Assembly: GCF_964204645.1 (NCBI RefSeq)
Contig: NC_134029.1
Coordinates: forward strand, 16,548,950-16,612,949
Length of the DNA stretch: 64,000 bases
Direction of reading: 5' to 3'
Source: Tubulanus polymorphus
Lineage: Eukaryota; Animalia; Nemertea
Part shown: positions 38,201-47,860 of the stretch, piece by piece
Layout: each line of letters opens with the position of its first letter
Position numbering within the stretch: the first letter of the stretch is position 1
Notes under the pieces: model-generated
What the model saw: the letters and a program-made list of their open reading frames with translations, nothing else
Told to the model about the DNA's origin: nothing
Database searches by the model: none
Made by a program: the position numbers and the translations under genes

Positions 38201-41200
38201 TCATTGCATGTACTTGTCTACAGTAGTGTAAGGAAAACTGGATAAGCGGCTCATTTTAACTATGAAGGTGGTCTATTTTTAGAAGCTGATGACTGATGCA
38301 CGGGAAACAATGAATGATGATGGCGTATTTTGATGACGGCGCTGAAAAATCAATATATCCTGAAAATCCAGACTCCCAAATAAGCAATTTAAAAATATCT
38401 GAAATTCCGGAGAAGTGGCAACTCTGTGTTTAACATGATATGAACATTTGAAACATGAAATTTTATGCATGTTTTTTATGCAGCATGATTGTTGTATTGT
38501 TACACTTTAACTCATCTACTTTATTTAGGGAAAATCTGAACTCAATGAATTCAAACAATCTACTCTAAACACGGAATTTAATATCTCTCCAAGTTATACT
38601 TCAAGAGTATGTATACAATGTATGGAAAATTATAACTAAACTTAAAGGGGTCATGAAGAGGTTTTTGAGATATGGCTGAAAGTATTTTTATCATCAATTA
38701 TAACCTATTAATTGATTTAGTGGTCAAGAAATTAATTTTTGATTCTTCAATTAGTGTTAAAACAAGACTTGATCGGCCGTGCTGATTCCTTCCCAATCCG
38801 GATGTGTGACATCATTCTGAGAACCCAAACGAAAACAACATGGTGTAGTATATAGAAACGGGTGATACTAACAGTGATTAAAGTGCAAAATAGTGACTCA
38901 AATACATCGGGGGTCGGTTGCATAGTCATGGCTTAGACTTAAGACCTGTCGAAGGCCAACTTAGTTCTATAGCCAATCTAACAACTTAAGACCAGTCTTA
39001 TGATTTAAGACCACTTTTGGACTTAAACACGACTGTGCAACCGGGCCCAGATTCCAATACAACATCTGAAGTTTAGAAAGCCAACAGTTGTTATTAATAG
39101 ACAGTCGAAATTATTCCATTTAATTTGGACCTGATGCCTCAGAACGAAAGAATTTGTGACTATATAGTACAGCATATTTCTACGTCGTGGAGCAGTGAGC
39201 ATTCATCATCATTTAAGTCATTCCTTCTTTGTAAAAACCATGCGGAGGGGATGACTGATATAGACATCGCAGATATTTCTGTGGGTAGAGATATTTTCAT
39301 CCAGTACTGGACCTTAAAAGCGTCCTCACACCGTAAACTTGCTCGTGAATCCCAGCCCAGCCTGCGCCATCCCAGCCGTGTAATAGTAATGTGTGCTGCA
39401 TACATACAGTCAGTATGTTGTACACACTACAGCAATGTGGGTCACTGGGGAAAGCCAGGACTATATGCAGTGCTGGCGTGTATCTTTACTAGGTATTGAA
39501 TTCGCAAAAATAGCGTCACTTGGCAGAATAAAAGGCTTTCAGCTAATAAAAACATAAGTTTTGTGTATCCAAGTTTATGTGTGCCATAATATTTGTGAGA
39601 ATCCTTCTCTAAAATTAGTGTGATACACATAGGCTGGGTGTTTTCACTCATACGGTCCATCATCCTAGGGGCAAACTTTTGGTTTTGGCCACTAAAATTT
39701 GTCGCTGCCTTTGTGGGAACAGTTCATAGCTACACACAGCCAAGGCATTTCTAAAGACTGTAAAATTAGCGCGATATTAAACAAAAGCATTGTATTATAA
39801 CGCTTCTGAGTGTGCTGCGGGCGATGTGTTCTCAGAATGACGTCATCAACATCACTGCGCAAACGCGAGCGTCCTGTTTTCTGGAGTTTGGATAAAGATA
39901 TTTAAAACATTTTTCACGAGTCTACTAAAGATGCATACGGTGCATGTTACATACAAAAAAAAATTAGATTTAACAATTTTTTCAAAACCTCTTCATGACC
40001 CCTTTAAATTACTGGTATTGATAAAATTAAGAATTCAATTTTTAACTCTTTATTGAGCACATGTACATTGTGACCTTTGGTTACCATGTCGACTTTAACT
40101 GGCTGAACGGTTCTTTAACATGTTCGCTGCCACCTAGTGGTTAAGGTTCGGTCGCCATAGCCGATGCTACTTTTGACCTTGTGCAATTATATGCTGCCAG
40201 CACAATTTTCATGAAAAAATTTCAAGTGTGCCCCAAACTTGAGTTACCCCCCCCCCCCCCATAAATAGTAGTTTGTCACTCCATACTGCCAGACGATTCT
40301 CAGAGGGGGAGGCCTAGACCATGCCGCTCAAGCGGTACTCGGGAGTTTTTCAGCAATTTTTTTTCGGAGAGCGCCAATGCATAGAACTCCTGCACTGCTG
40401 ATTGTAAGCGGTATTGGCAGGTGAAATGCCCACAAATCGCTTCTGAGGGCGTTAAATTTTCCAAATTTTCTGAGGGAGGACCCAGACCCCCTTATTGTGC
40501 CTGGATACAGGGCTGAGCAGCAGTCAGGAACTGAGGCTAGATCTGCCCATGATTCTTAGTTGGTTTCTTGCCTCTGCCAGTTCATTCATAACGCTATGAA
40601 ATGACATTGAACCGATGACGATGTAACTCATCATGGGAAACTGCGGTACACCACCATAATGATTTATTTCGTCATTGGCAGTGAACATGTTAAGTTGTAT
40701 ATAGCTAAATTAAGAATTTTGAATTTCAAAGACTAGATTACATGAAAAAGTTAACTGACGACTGGTTATGCCTATTTCTGTACTTAGCTGAAGGGTGTTA
40801 GTTGGTTGCGTCCATGGACATACAGTTAGCCAGCGTGCTCCCTAAATTCCTGAATACTAGATATTTGTATCAGACTAGCAGAATTACAGTCAACCTCGGT
40901 TGATTTTTCCTCAGTTAAATGTTAGTTGATATTGTAATTCGTTTGACTGTTAGCAAAGATTTTTTTTATTCCACTGTGAAATGCAAGTTTAACTCTTCCA
41001 GTGCCCAGTCGACTTTCGTCGATAGATTATATCAGGTCGTACAGTGCCCTGTCGACGAAAGTCAACATTTCTTATAGCAGTTTTATTTTTGGCCTGCGTT
41101 AGCGAGCCTATGTCAACGGCTGGCCGATCGATAGTCATTCATATGCTTGGTACACCACGCTCAAAGCTGCTTTTAGCTCACTCAAACGCAATTTTAGTAG

Positions 41201-44200
41201 CCTGTTACTTCACTACTAATGGGATAATTGAATGGATGAAGCAAAAATATATTTCATAAATTGTTTTTCTTTATGGTGGGCAAAGTTGAAAGCCGTGGGT
41301 TTCATATTCTTTGAGAAATTAACCAAAAAATGTCAAAAATTCGATTTATATCAGCACGTTTTTTATGCAGGATCTTTAACTGTTCAAAATAATACATGTA
41401 AAAATTCAATGCTATTTGCGTCGGAAGAACTTTTATATCGCCAAGATCCGATGCTTTGTTTGGTAGTAATGGGCTTTCAAAGACGAAACCCCCCAAATTC
41501 TCGGTTATATATAATTTTTGTTGACCCGGTTTGAACTCATCATGACGTCATAGCATTCTTTGAATATGTAAATTAGGTGGATCAGCAGGTGCGCGTTATT
41601 TCGCTAAACAAAATGGCGGCACAATTTGAAGAGGTTCATATTCATCATTTCTAGCGCGACTGCTGATACTCAAGGCGTATGATATTACGATTTATTGTGT
41701 GCGATGTGTTTAATGATTCATCTAGTTTTGAAATTCTGTGCATAAGGTAACGTTGCATCAAGATATCTGACGAAATTCTGGTTTCAAATAGCGGATATTT
41801 ACTTCCATGTTCGCCACACGGCTAATTCACTGATGATACTGATCAGCTGTTAGCATCAAAGTTTTTAAGATGAGTCTGATATTTACACGACTGAAATAAT
41901 TGTTTTATCATCATTAATTGAAGTCATTTTATTGACGTTCGCATTAACGATCCATTTTGGAGCCTGATTATTTGTATTAGTTCGTTAATCGCGGCATAGT
42001 GATGAGCGTTCGCGTTGAAAACAGTCGTGTACAGTCGCATATACGATATCGCCTTACTCTCGTGTTCACTGCGTGCATGTATCAGTCAACGCGCGTTACG
42101 GTGTATGGCGCGTGACAACAATTTGTTTTGAGTGAAGATGTAAGTGCATGCCTACTAAATGCAATCCTATCGTATAATTATTTAAAAACATGGCAGTCGA
42201 TAAACTTTATTTTGTCAGTAACCGGCACTGGTCTAAAATTTGCATAAACTTGGTCACTCATAGTTTCAGTGGTTTTATATGTCATTCCAGGGATGTATTG
42301 AAATAAACATTAATTTGTTGAGGCAAAAATTCCCATAATCAATTTTTCGAAGATTTCATTCTCGTTAAAAAGTCACTGACCAAAATAAAGTCCTTTTTGA
42401 TATATATTTTCTTTTTTAATTTTCAATGAAATGATTTTTTGCGTAACCCTAGTAGCCTAAATGACAAATTTTTTACTTCACACCAGTTTAGTGAGCCACT
42501 GGACGATTGGTCCTTTATTAGTTTTTCATATAGAATTCAACAGAAAAACCTGCCGCTAGATGGCTTGATTAAATGGCAGCACCCATTAGTTTGTTTTTAT
42601 GCTGCGTTCTTGTGGTGTTGCAATTCAAAATATTTGAGTTTATTGTATTTGAAAGTAGCGGGTACCTACGTGGGTCCGGAGGTCACGTGATCTAATTATA
42701 AGCTCATTTTCTAATTATGATTACCCATATGATTTATATTGCTGACAGTAGACATAAGATATTCCATTGTCAGCTGTTAGCTGAGGCTAGATACCCGATT
42801 TGTTCATTCTCATACCTGAAGTTTAGGGAGTATCAAATAAATAGGTTACCAACTATAATTTATGCAAATTAGCTCATTTCCATAAAATATGCGTCACTTT
42901 TAGTAAGAAAAATTATTACTAAAATTTCCTAAGGGTCATACCCTAAAAACTTTTCAATTACTGTACCATAAAGCTCTATCGCTTAAATTTCTCACTCTAT
43001 AGAGCTCCAAAGTTACTACTGATTTTCCTACGTTTTAGTTAACAATGATGGGCACTCTGAGGGTTTTTCATAAATTACACATGGGCACTGAAGGAGTTGA
43101 TATCACGGTCGTTACCAGTTTTTGGATTTAAAGTCTTTGTATCGATGTTCAGATGTGAATGATGTAACATTACTGTGAGGAAATTTTTACATCATGAGTC
43201 GTCACCATGAAATTGCTGTGTATCATTTAACATGCAAAATAGCATCTAATGAAACAGCATCTTAGGTTGACACTATTCCAGGGAATCCACCACTTGTTTC
43301 ATGGTGCGGTTGATAGATGGCAGCACTGATCTACAATTACTGTATGGTGTTTCAGACTATGATTTAGGACCTATCATCATTTATACAGATTACATGTATA
43401 TCGTTAATTCGTATGATTACGGGTTATCGTTATCTGTACATCACTTATTCCGACAGTTCCCCAGTGATACAGATTAACTTAGGTTGACTGTATTTAACTA
43501 AAGCTAGCCTTTAACTTCTAGATCTTTTCCGTCTAATAGTAATTGGTTATTACGTACAGGAACTAGTGAATATTAAATAGATATGAAGCTTTTTCACGCG
43601 CTCTTATTATTGATTTTTTTTTGTGGCAGCACCGGCGTCAGTCTGTATCATCAGATGGATCTGAAACTGAGGCTGATCTCCCATTCATTGATGATCGTAC
43701 TGGGCAGTGGTTACGGCGACGACGTCTGGATGGCGCTTTAAACCGTGTACCAGTTGGATTTTACCCTCGCGTCTGGCATGCTTTAGAACGAGTAAGTTTT
43801 ATTTGTCAAGTTTTTGATCTATTGTTTTGAAATAACTGTTCATTACGGAGATACTTTTATTTTCAGTGTCATGGTTTATCAGTGGCCGGGCATATAATTC
43901 AACAGGGCATGACTAGGGAAATGACACAGGGTGAATTGAAATTTGCCCTCCAGGTGGAACTAGTGTTGAATCACATACCTCAACCAGAATATCGCCAGTT
44001 GAATGTAGAGGCTATGATGGTTTTAGGTTTATTATTAGAGAATGATGGAGGTGTTTTATCACTGAATTATGTGGTACCAATTGATAAATTAGTTTCAGAA
44101 GCTAATCTTCTTTTCCTCAAAGAACAGGTTCGTATTTTACATTAATTCTATTGATTTTAGATATGATCAATTGAATGTGAAGATTCATCAGAATTGTTAA

Positions 44201-46198
44201 ACATTTTAGCCCACTTGCGCTCACCTTTAGTCCGTTATGGAATCATGTTTTTAGCCCACTTGGGACTTTAGTCCCAGCAGGCTATTGCGTTCACTTTTCA
44301 TCCGTCCGTTCGTAAGTCGTAGCGTCCGTCCATCCGTAGATGGAATCCAGTTAATTTGGGAAGTTTTGAAGACGCTTCGAGGTAATGCCTTGATATTTGG
44401 TTTATACATGTATCTACCCTAGACACTTCTTCAGCCCAAAAACTGGCCCTGTCAGAATAAGATGGCCGACTGGCAGCCATTGTTGTTCGTCAAAATCAGC
44501 ACTTCTTACACTTTTTGAGGGAAATTTTGAAGACGCTTAAATCAATTACCTTGATCTTTCGTATATATTTCAATCTCCGAAGGGCCCATCACCATAAGAA
44601 AAATTGGGTCAATCGGACTCAAGATGGCCGTCCTATGACCTTTTTAGTATCCAAAAATGTCAATTTTGGCCCAAATTCTGAGTCCTGTAGCTTCCTACTG
44701 GTTCGACATTTCTCATTGCAATTTGTGAAGGGTATTCTTTGGAAAGGGATGTTTTATACCTGAGCCAGGTATTTTTGATCGGCCAATTATGACACAATTG
44801 GCGGTCAACTTGGTATCATCAGTACCCATTCGTAGTTGGGAAAAAGTTTTTCCACATTATATTGATACCTAAGCATATTTTGTTACCACAATCAATTGCA
44901 AAGTTGTAGCTCATCACATTGTCTATGAATGTGATGAGTTTTAAGGACATTAGTTATTCTATATGGTCACCAGGGGGCATTGAATAGTAGAATTGCTTAG
45001 TATTTTCATATTAAATTGGTAACAAGGCATATTTTGTTATCACAATCAATTACAAAATCGTAGCTGCTGACATGTTCTATGATTGTAGTGAGTTTCAAGG
45101 GTCATTGGTTTTTGTTTTCAAAATGCTGTCACATGTTATTATTGCCTTGATAGGCCTATTTTGTTAAATACATCTATCTATCCTAGACACAATCCTATGT
45201 GCAGCTCAAAAGATGGCTCATTTAGATTCAAGAAGTTTTCGAGGAAGATTTCGATGTTCTAGTTGAGGGATTTTAGCACGGCAGCTGTGGCACTTTACTG
45301 CCATTCAAATAAAAGATAGGCCACATGCTTAATAAAATTCCGCCATGTAAAGAAATTGATCAGGGGTTTATTGCATTGGCTTTATTCACCCTAATCAATA
45401 CGCAATTTATCTACAGTTGACTCATTGCTTTAATCGGAGCCAATTAACTTGTGTTTTTACATATTAATCTATATAAAAATCACCGGCCTTGAATTGCTCT
45501 TGACATTTCTATGATTGTGGTGAGTTTCAAGGCCATAGGTTTCTGCATGTGTTCACCAGGGAGCGTTCAATAGTGGAATAACATGCTACATGTATTTTCA
45601 TGAATATTGGTACCTATGCATACTTTTTGATTGCAATCAATTGAAAAGTTATAGCCCACGACATATTCAATATTGAACAGAGTTTCAAGGTCATGGGTTA
45701 CTGCATATGTTCACCCGTAGACGTTGGGAAGTAGAATAACATGATATTTCTATAGATTCTGTATTAATTTACATTCACATTTTATAACCACAGTGGATTG
45801 CAAATATGCAGCTCATGACATGATTACGATAGGTTTCATCGTCATAGGTTGCTGTATTTGTTTACCAGGGGCTTTGAATATTGAAATAGTCAGATTGTCT
45901 AACATTTCACCAAATGGGCATGTTATCTCTGGTCCCCGGGTTGTTACACCATTTTAACCGGTGGTGTTTTTATGTTTAGGTTGATTGTAATGGAGATGCA
46001 GTATTATGTTGTGCTTCACAGAATAATCGTAGATCAAGTCATCCACTGTGCGGAGGTTCAGCTGGTATATGTTATCATTTCTTCGACAGCGCCCCTAGTG
46101 GGCGTTATGGTACTATGACTTACCTGTTCCGAGCAATCGCACATCATATTCAGTTTCCGATGAAAGATGAGGATTGTCTCGATTGTGTGATAAGCTAA
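14017..46198 (+). CDS. PHKA: Phosphorylase b kinase regulatory subunit alpha, 3' half of a multi-exon gene (5' exons not identified, presumably upstream of the window)
   Basis: Phase-consistent GT-AG exons encoding PHKA hallmarks [95 protein letters not shown] and the terminal CAAX CVIS. Confidence 0.95.
14841..16113 (+). mobile_element. HINE/DINE-1-like family A, complete copy
   Basis: SubTIR GCCCACTTGGG / CCCAAGTGGGC, 5' hairpin, (GTCC)n microsatellite, ~120-bp tandem units (GGTCACCAGGGGGCGTTGAA), 3' hairpin then CTAGTTT. Confidence 0.8.
16615..16641 (+). CDS. PHKA: Candidate 27-nt micro-exon (ENPFTPREL)
   Basis: ATTTCAG acceptor, GTTTGT donor, symmetrical phase 1, open frame. Confidence 0.4.
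   Translation, partial: RIHLPLES
17543..17830. mobile_element. piggyBac-type MITE
   Basis: TIR CCCTTTCAGTG / CACTGAAAGGG with TTAA on both sides. Confidence 0.8.
20432..20651 (+). CDS. PHKA: PHKA exon (...[26 protein letters not shown])
   Basis: TTTGTAG / GTAGGT boundaries and a conserved PHKA motif. Confidence 0.9.
22683..22892 (+). mobile_element. tRNA-derived SINE-like sequence
   Basis: A-box-like TGGCTCAGTG, B-box GGTTCGAGTCC and (ACAA)n tail; second copy on the minus strand at ~60742-60958. Confidence 0.65.
23126..28473 (-). mobile_element. BEL/Pao LTR retrotransposon, young, RT-deleted
   Basis: 308-bp LTRs 23126-23433 and 28166-28473 differing at 2 positions, 5-bp TSD CATGT, PBS TGGTCCCTCGAG (tRNA-Tyr-like) and PPT-like GGCCGGAG. 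Confidence 0.97.
23534..27961 (-). CDS. BEL/Pao Gag-Pol polyprotein (Gag, Cys-His knuckles, protease, RNase H, integrase) lacking RT
   Basis: Open 1475-aa ORF: [36 protein letters not shown] / CFNCLGKH / [81 protein letters not shown]. No YVDD/YVDN RT core is visible. Confidence 0.93.
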   Translation of the reverse strand: MATEEKEMRRIQRGQFTKLRIQCENHIKDNQAVQGTCVLATLKKKLSQLEQLDLEIYAKCGLAGSAYENLIVQSDDIINSHHMKLTEMELALNELSIQSRFVPSETASASFTSTSSLSLPKLQIPKFDGDILHWQSFWDLFISAVDKQTKLSEIEKFNHLKCLLIKDASTVIEGLSLTSENYNSAKSMLVARFGRPHRISEAYLDALINLEAPYYDLRSLRTFYETIEQKIRSLEALGIETNSYGTLLVQIIRNKLPKEIIYNISRDHGNGKWNLFELRAALLREVEILETCQDSSDLNSNFTTTLQVQARKLECLFCKGEHRNNDCTVVKQPDARLGIVFKSRLCFNCLGKHRSNSCRSSFRCRICQCRHHTSLCGASMFQYRQSQNQNNTDRSKTTFSNDASSKSDNVNDNPSAMPVNDFPALNSKADKPKFKQRSLMTNSGGGAKVLLKTAVARVCSSYNGSIRSNLLFDDGSQRSFITKELVEKLCLKPHKQEYLDLSGFGAATGFNKTVDIVRVDVICNDNTQVQVEAVVVPFITRPMSVHGIDQIDEFKSLELAHSREFYSNAFSISILIGVDFYYQFVLGNDFVVSSIGPIAVPTKLGYLVSGPQAAYCLQVNADSVDEIGQNSIKKFWDLELIGIRPPETDPYLDWYCDNCISFDNGILILSNISSVYDPFGFLTPITVQSKILMQDIWKLSVDWDDSLSSELCSRWSSIVKDMQEASTFEFPHQVIDSAMLVSGQPELHVFCDSSSRAFGAVTYIRCVDQSAFLMSKSRVAPIKKLSIPQLELCAAVIGARLVSHVAKSLEPALCRPLNIFAWSDSQIVLGWLAGRSGKKVSQFVENRRSEINRLIDIGCWGFCPSEENPADLITRGVTCETLNQCSTFWFKGPSWLVDENNRPVVSKCDGNIMYVNTNHVESNAVSFDVSEVISDYDVGKVVDIETYSSLTGLLRVTAYVLRFVHNLKTKASSRHFDELSSCEIDRAKILWVKSCQNLYCKDIIRVLSGTYKKQFSVVNQLQLYLDKDGIIRCRGRLKNAPLSYDCKYPMLIPKLSRFAYLVTRDAHFNVAHLGTDATIAKIRETYWIPQCRQYVKSAMRRCIVCRKYQGKPYRLPDPPHLPHCRVEEVPSFYYTGVDYLGPMILKGGGKVCIALFTCAVSRAIHLEVVSDNKSETFLSAFRRFVSRRSLPKLMLSDNATTFVGANTHLRQIFKNEIVRRYLSSHNVDWKFISKRAPWQGGFWERLVGITKGCIKKILGRSFLTYVEFVTVVTEIEAILNDRPLMYISSDINDLGPLTPSHLMCGRRITSLPIGDADINDPEFVVNSRSLSNRYNFIVSLVRQFWERWRTEYLTGLREFHRNVGDNREIVKTGSVVLIHDEGPRTSWRLGVIVELFRGQDGRVRSCSLRTASGVTNRPLSKLYPLELQTTENDEDAPPSVTGRASIPRNLSTRQAADLARQRIRNVYKDVADDVC
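28724..29975 (+). mobile_element. HINE family A copy
   Basis: Collinear with 14841-16113, with the same subTIRs, microsatellite and tandem units. Confidence 0.8.
30702..30858 (+). CDS. PHKA: PHKA exon (GPSWDT...[20 protein letters not shown])
   Basis: TCTAG / GTAAAT boundaries and PHKA-like sequence. Confidence 0.92.
31570..31649 (+). CDS. PHKA: PHKA exon ([26 protein letters not shown])
   Basis: TTTTAG / GTTTGT boundaries and the [10 protein letters not shown] motif. Confidence 0.92.
31730..31938 (+). CDS. PHKA: PHKA exon (PLPPDEL...[23 protein letters not shown])
   Basis: AATAG / GTACTG boundaries and a conserved motif. Confidence 0.93.
32030..34974 (+). mobile_element. DIRS1-like tyrosine-recombinase retrotransposon, internally deleted
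   Basis: Inverted terminal repeats (32030-32100 vs 34870-34942). Gag-like Cys/His ORF 32347-32832; RT ([35 protein letters not shown]); RH ([37 protein letters not shown]); methyltransferase-like LDLFATRFN; YR C-terminus (HQVRSMATS...STFTSFYL). Confidence 0.92.
33021..34638 (+). pseudogene. DIRS RT/RNase H/MT/YR coding remnants
   Basis: Motifs as listed for the DIRS element, joined by deletions and frameshifts. Confidence 0.85.
36152..36250 (+). CDS. PHKA: PHKA exon ([32 protein letters not shown])
   Basis: TCTAG / GTTTGT boundaries and a conserved motif. Confidence 0.92.
36660..36782. repeat. Short array of ~15-bp units (GGAAAAAATGCCACC), probably the subterminal repeats of a MITE
   Basis: About 5 imperfect copies are visible. 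Confidence 0.55.
37216..37286 (+). CDS. PHKA: PHKA candidate exon ([24 protein letters not shown])
   Basis: TTCAG acceptor, GTGAGT donor; provides the phase 1 to phase 0 bridge needed to reach the exon at 43630. Confidence 0.7.
38529..38606 (+). CDS. PHKA: PHKA candidate symmetrical 78-nt exon ([26 protein letters not shown])
   Basis: TTATTTAG acceptor, GTATGT donor, phase 0-0, open frame. Confidence 0.5.
38646..40003. mobile_element. Kolobok-type non-autonomous DNA transposon
   Basis: TIR AGGGGTCATGAAGAGGTTTT / AAAACCTCTTCATGACCCCT with TTAA TSD on both sides; purine-purine termini. Confidence 0.8.
41082..42520 (+). mobile_element. HINE-like family C copy
   Basis: About 1.4 kb collinear with the inverted copy at 55593-57080; ends GAGCCACTGGACGATTGGTCCTTTATT (subTIR plus hairpin). 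Confidence 0.7.
43630..43791 (+). CDS. PHKA: PHKA exon (HRRQSVSS...[30 protein letters not shown])
   Basis: Poly-T GGCAG acceptor, GTAAGT donor and a hallmark motif. Confidence 0.95.
43867..44127 (+). CDS. PHKA: PHKA exon (CHGLSVAG...[14 protein letters not shown]...PQPEYRQL...LKEQ)
   Basis: TTTCAG / GTTCGT boundaries and conserved motifs. Confidence 0.95.
44204..45945 (+). mobile_element. HINE family A copy (44250-~45115) nested in an older related copy
   Basis: Two 5' ends TTAGCCCACTTG at ~44205 and ~44251; diverged tandem units and 3' end AAATGGGCATG at ~45912. Confidence 0.65.
45980..46198 (+). CDS. PHKA: PHKA last coding exon, ending ...[14 protein letters not shown]...CVIS-stop
   Basis: TTTAG acceptor, conserved C-terminal motif and CAAX farnesylation box before TAA. 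Confidence 0.93.
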   Translation, partial: VDCNGDAVLCCASQNNRRSSHPLCGGSAGICYHFFDSAPSGRYGTMTYLFRAIAHHIQFPMKDEDCLDCVIS

Positions 46199-46589
46199 CC
46201 TGCGATGAACGAGTGTAATGTCAATGTGTATCAGCATTGTTTAATTGACCATATCTTATATTTTGAAATGCAGGGATAGTTTTTAATGGAATGAACTAGT
46301 CATTTTTCATTCAAGTTTCGTTATTCAATTTGCTTCTAAATACTGGTACCTAAGTATTGGTATGTGAGTTTTATTCGCACTGAGCTGCAACAACTCATTC
46401 TGGGAAGGGATGTAGTATGTGAATTTAGTTGCACTATATCTGAAAATAGGCAAATCTAATATCTAACACTAACGTTAATCTAACAATTCTAATAGTGGCT
46501 ATGAGTGCTAGTGAATGAAAGTTCGTCTTCAGCTAATAGTTCGTATTTCACAATAACCATACACCATTCATAAGCCTATACGCGTAGGT

Positions 46590-47860
46590 GGCTTCACCAG
46601 AGCGTGTCCAGAGCGAGTGTGATACGATGTTGGTTGGTCACTGCATTGGTCATGGCGTGTGCGTATACGTTTGCATCACTTCGCTGTCTGTGGCGGTGGT
46701 ACGTTGATTTTCCATCGTCGGACGTATGTGGACTCTGTTTCACAGCGGCTGGTTCCCACCTCCCGGTGGTGCGATTGTGGACCCGTATAGGTTGTTTCTC
46801 TGCCACTGGTCGTAGATGAACACTGTCTTTTTTGTCTGGTAGAATCAATATTTCTTCAGACTTGAAAATACTTAGTAGAAAACTGTGTTCGGCATATAAG
46901 TCGAGGTCAATAATTTAGTGGTAAAATCAAGGATTAAAATCTCGACTTATATGCCGGTTTTTACGGTAGGGCGATGTCTATGGTGATAACCATTTTTTCC
47001 CTTGACGCTGTTGACTTCTTTGTAGCCGTCGTCTAGCGTCAGTTTCTTCATTTGTTCGGTTGTCGCCTCATGTGTTCTTGCGATGTCCAGGGCATTGTCA
47101 ATCGTCAGTTTCTCTCTCCCGGCGGGTGCGCTGTCCCTGTTATTAGCTGTTCAATCAACCTCTCGTCGGTTTCGGCTTGATCACGGAACTTACATTTCCC
47201 GGCAACAGTTCGGCCTTCCGTGATGAACGCATCTACAGTCTGCACATCACTTTGTCACAGGCGCTGCAGCTCAAACCGTGACAGTCGATGGTTTGTTTTA
47301 GGCTCAAGATGGGTCTTGAATTTGTCAAAAATCGTTTCCCGATTTTCTGAGTCTTCTGTGGATAGATTCCATGTGTTGTACACTCTTCGGCCTTCATGGC
47401 CTACTAACCACATTAGCAGATATGTAGCGTGACATTCAGCTGCTTTTTCACTCAGTAAAAATCAACTCACAGTATTGTCAAAACTCACTAAAAGCAGTTG
47501 GTAAATCAGTTGAACCCCAGTCCATCACCGGTGGCATAATTCCACTCAATTCACTCATTCTGTCCTGTAATAGCAGTTGCTTAGTCACTGTCTCAAGATT
47601 CTTCACCCTACTTCCTTCGGTCTTAGCCCAAAATTTCACCACACGGGACACCCCCAGTAAAATTTTAAAAATCACACTTACGCCCTAACATCCGAAAGTC
47701 TTCTGATGTGGCATGGCATATCTTTCTTCAACTTCTGACACCATGTAACAAAGAGTGCAGTACTAGAGAACACGTATCAAGCTACAATAGCCATTCGATA
47801 ACGGTGACCGTATCCTAATACATAATAGTACATGTTTACTCATAATATTACATACATTAC
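46590..47860 (-). mobile_element. Degenerate Gypsy-type LTR retrotransposon remnant downstream of the PHKA stop
   Basis: PBS TGGTGTCAGAAGT (tRNA-Leu type, ~47731-47743); gag-like PPVMDWGSTDLPTAF...FDKFKTHLEPKTNHRLSRF; integrase-tail-like RVHNRTTGRWEPAAV. Right boundary is approximate. Confidence 0.75.
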
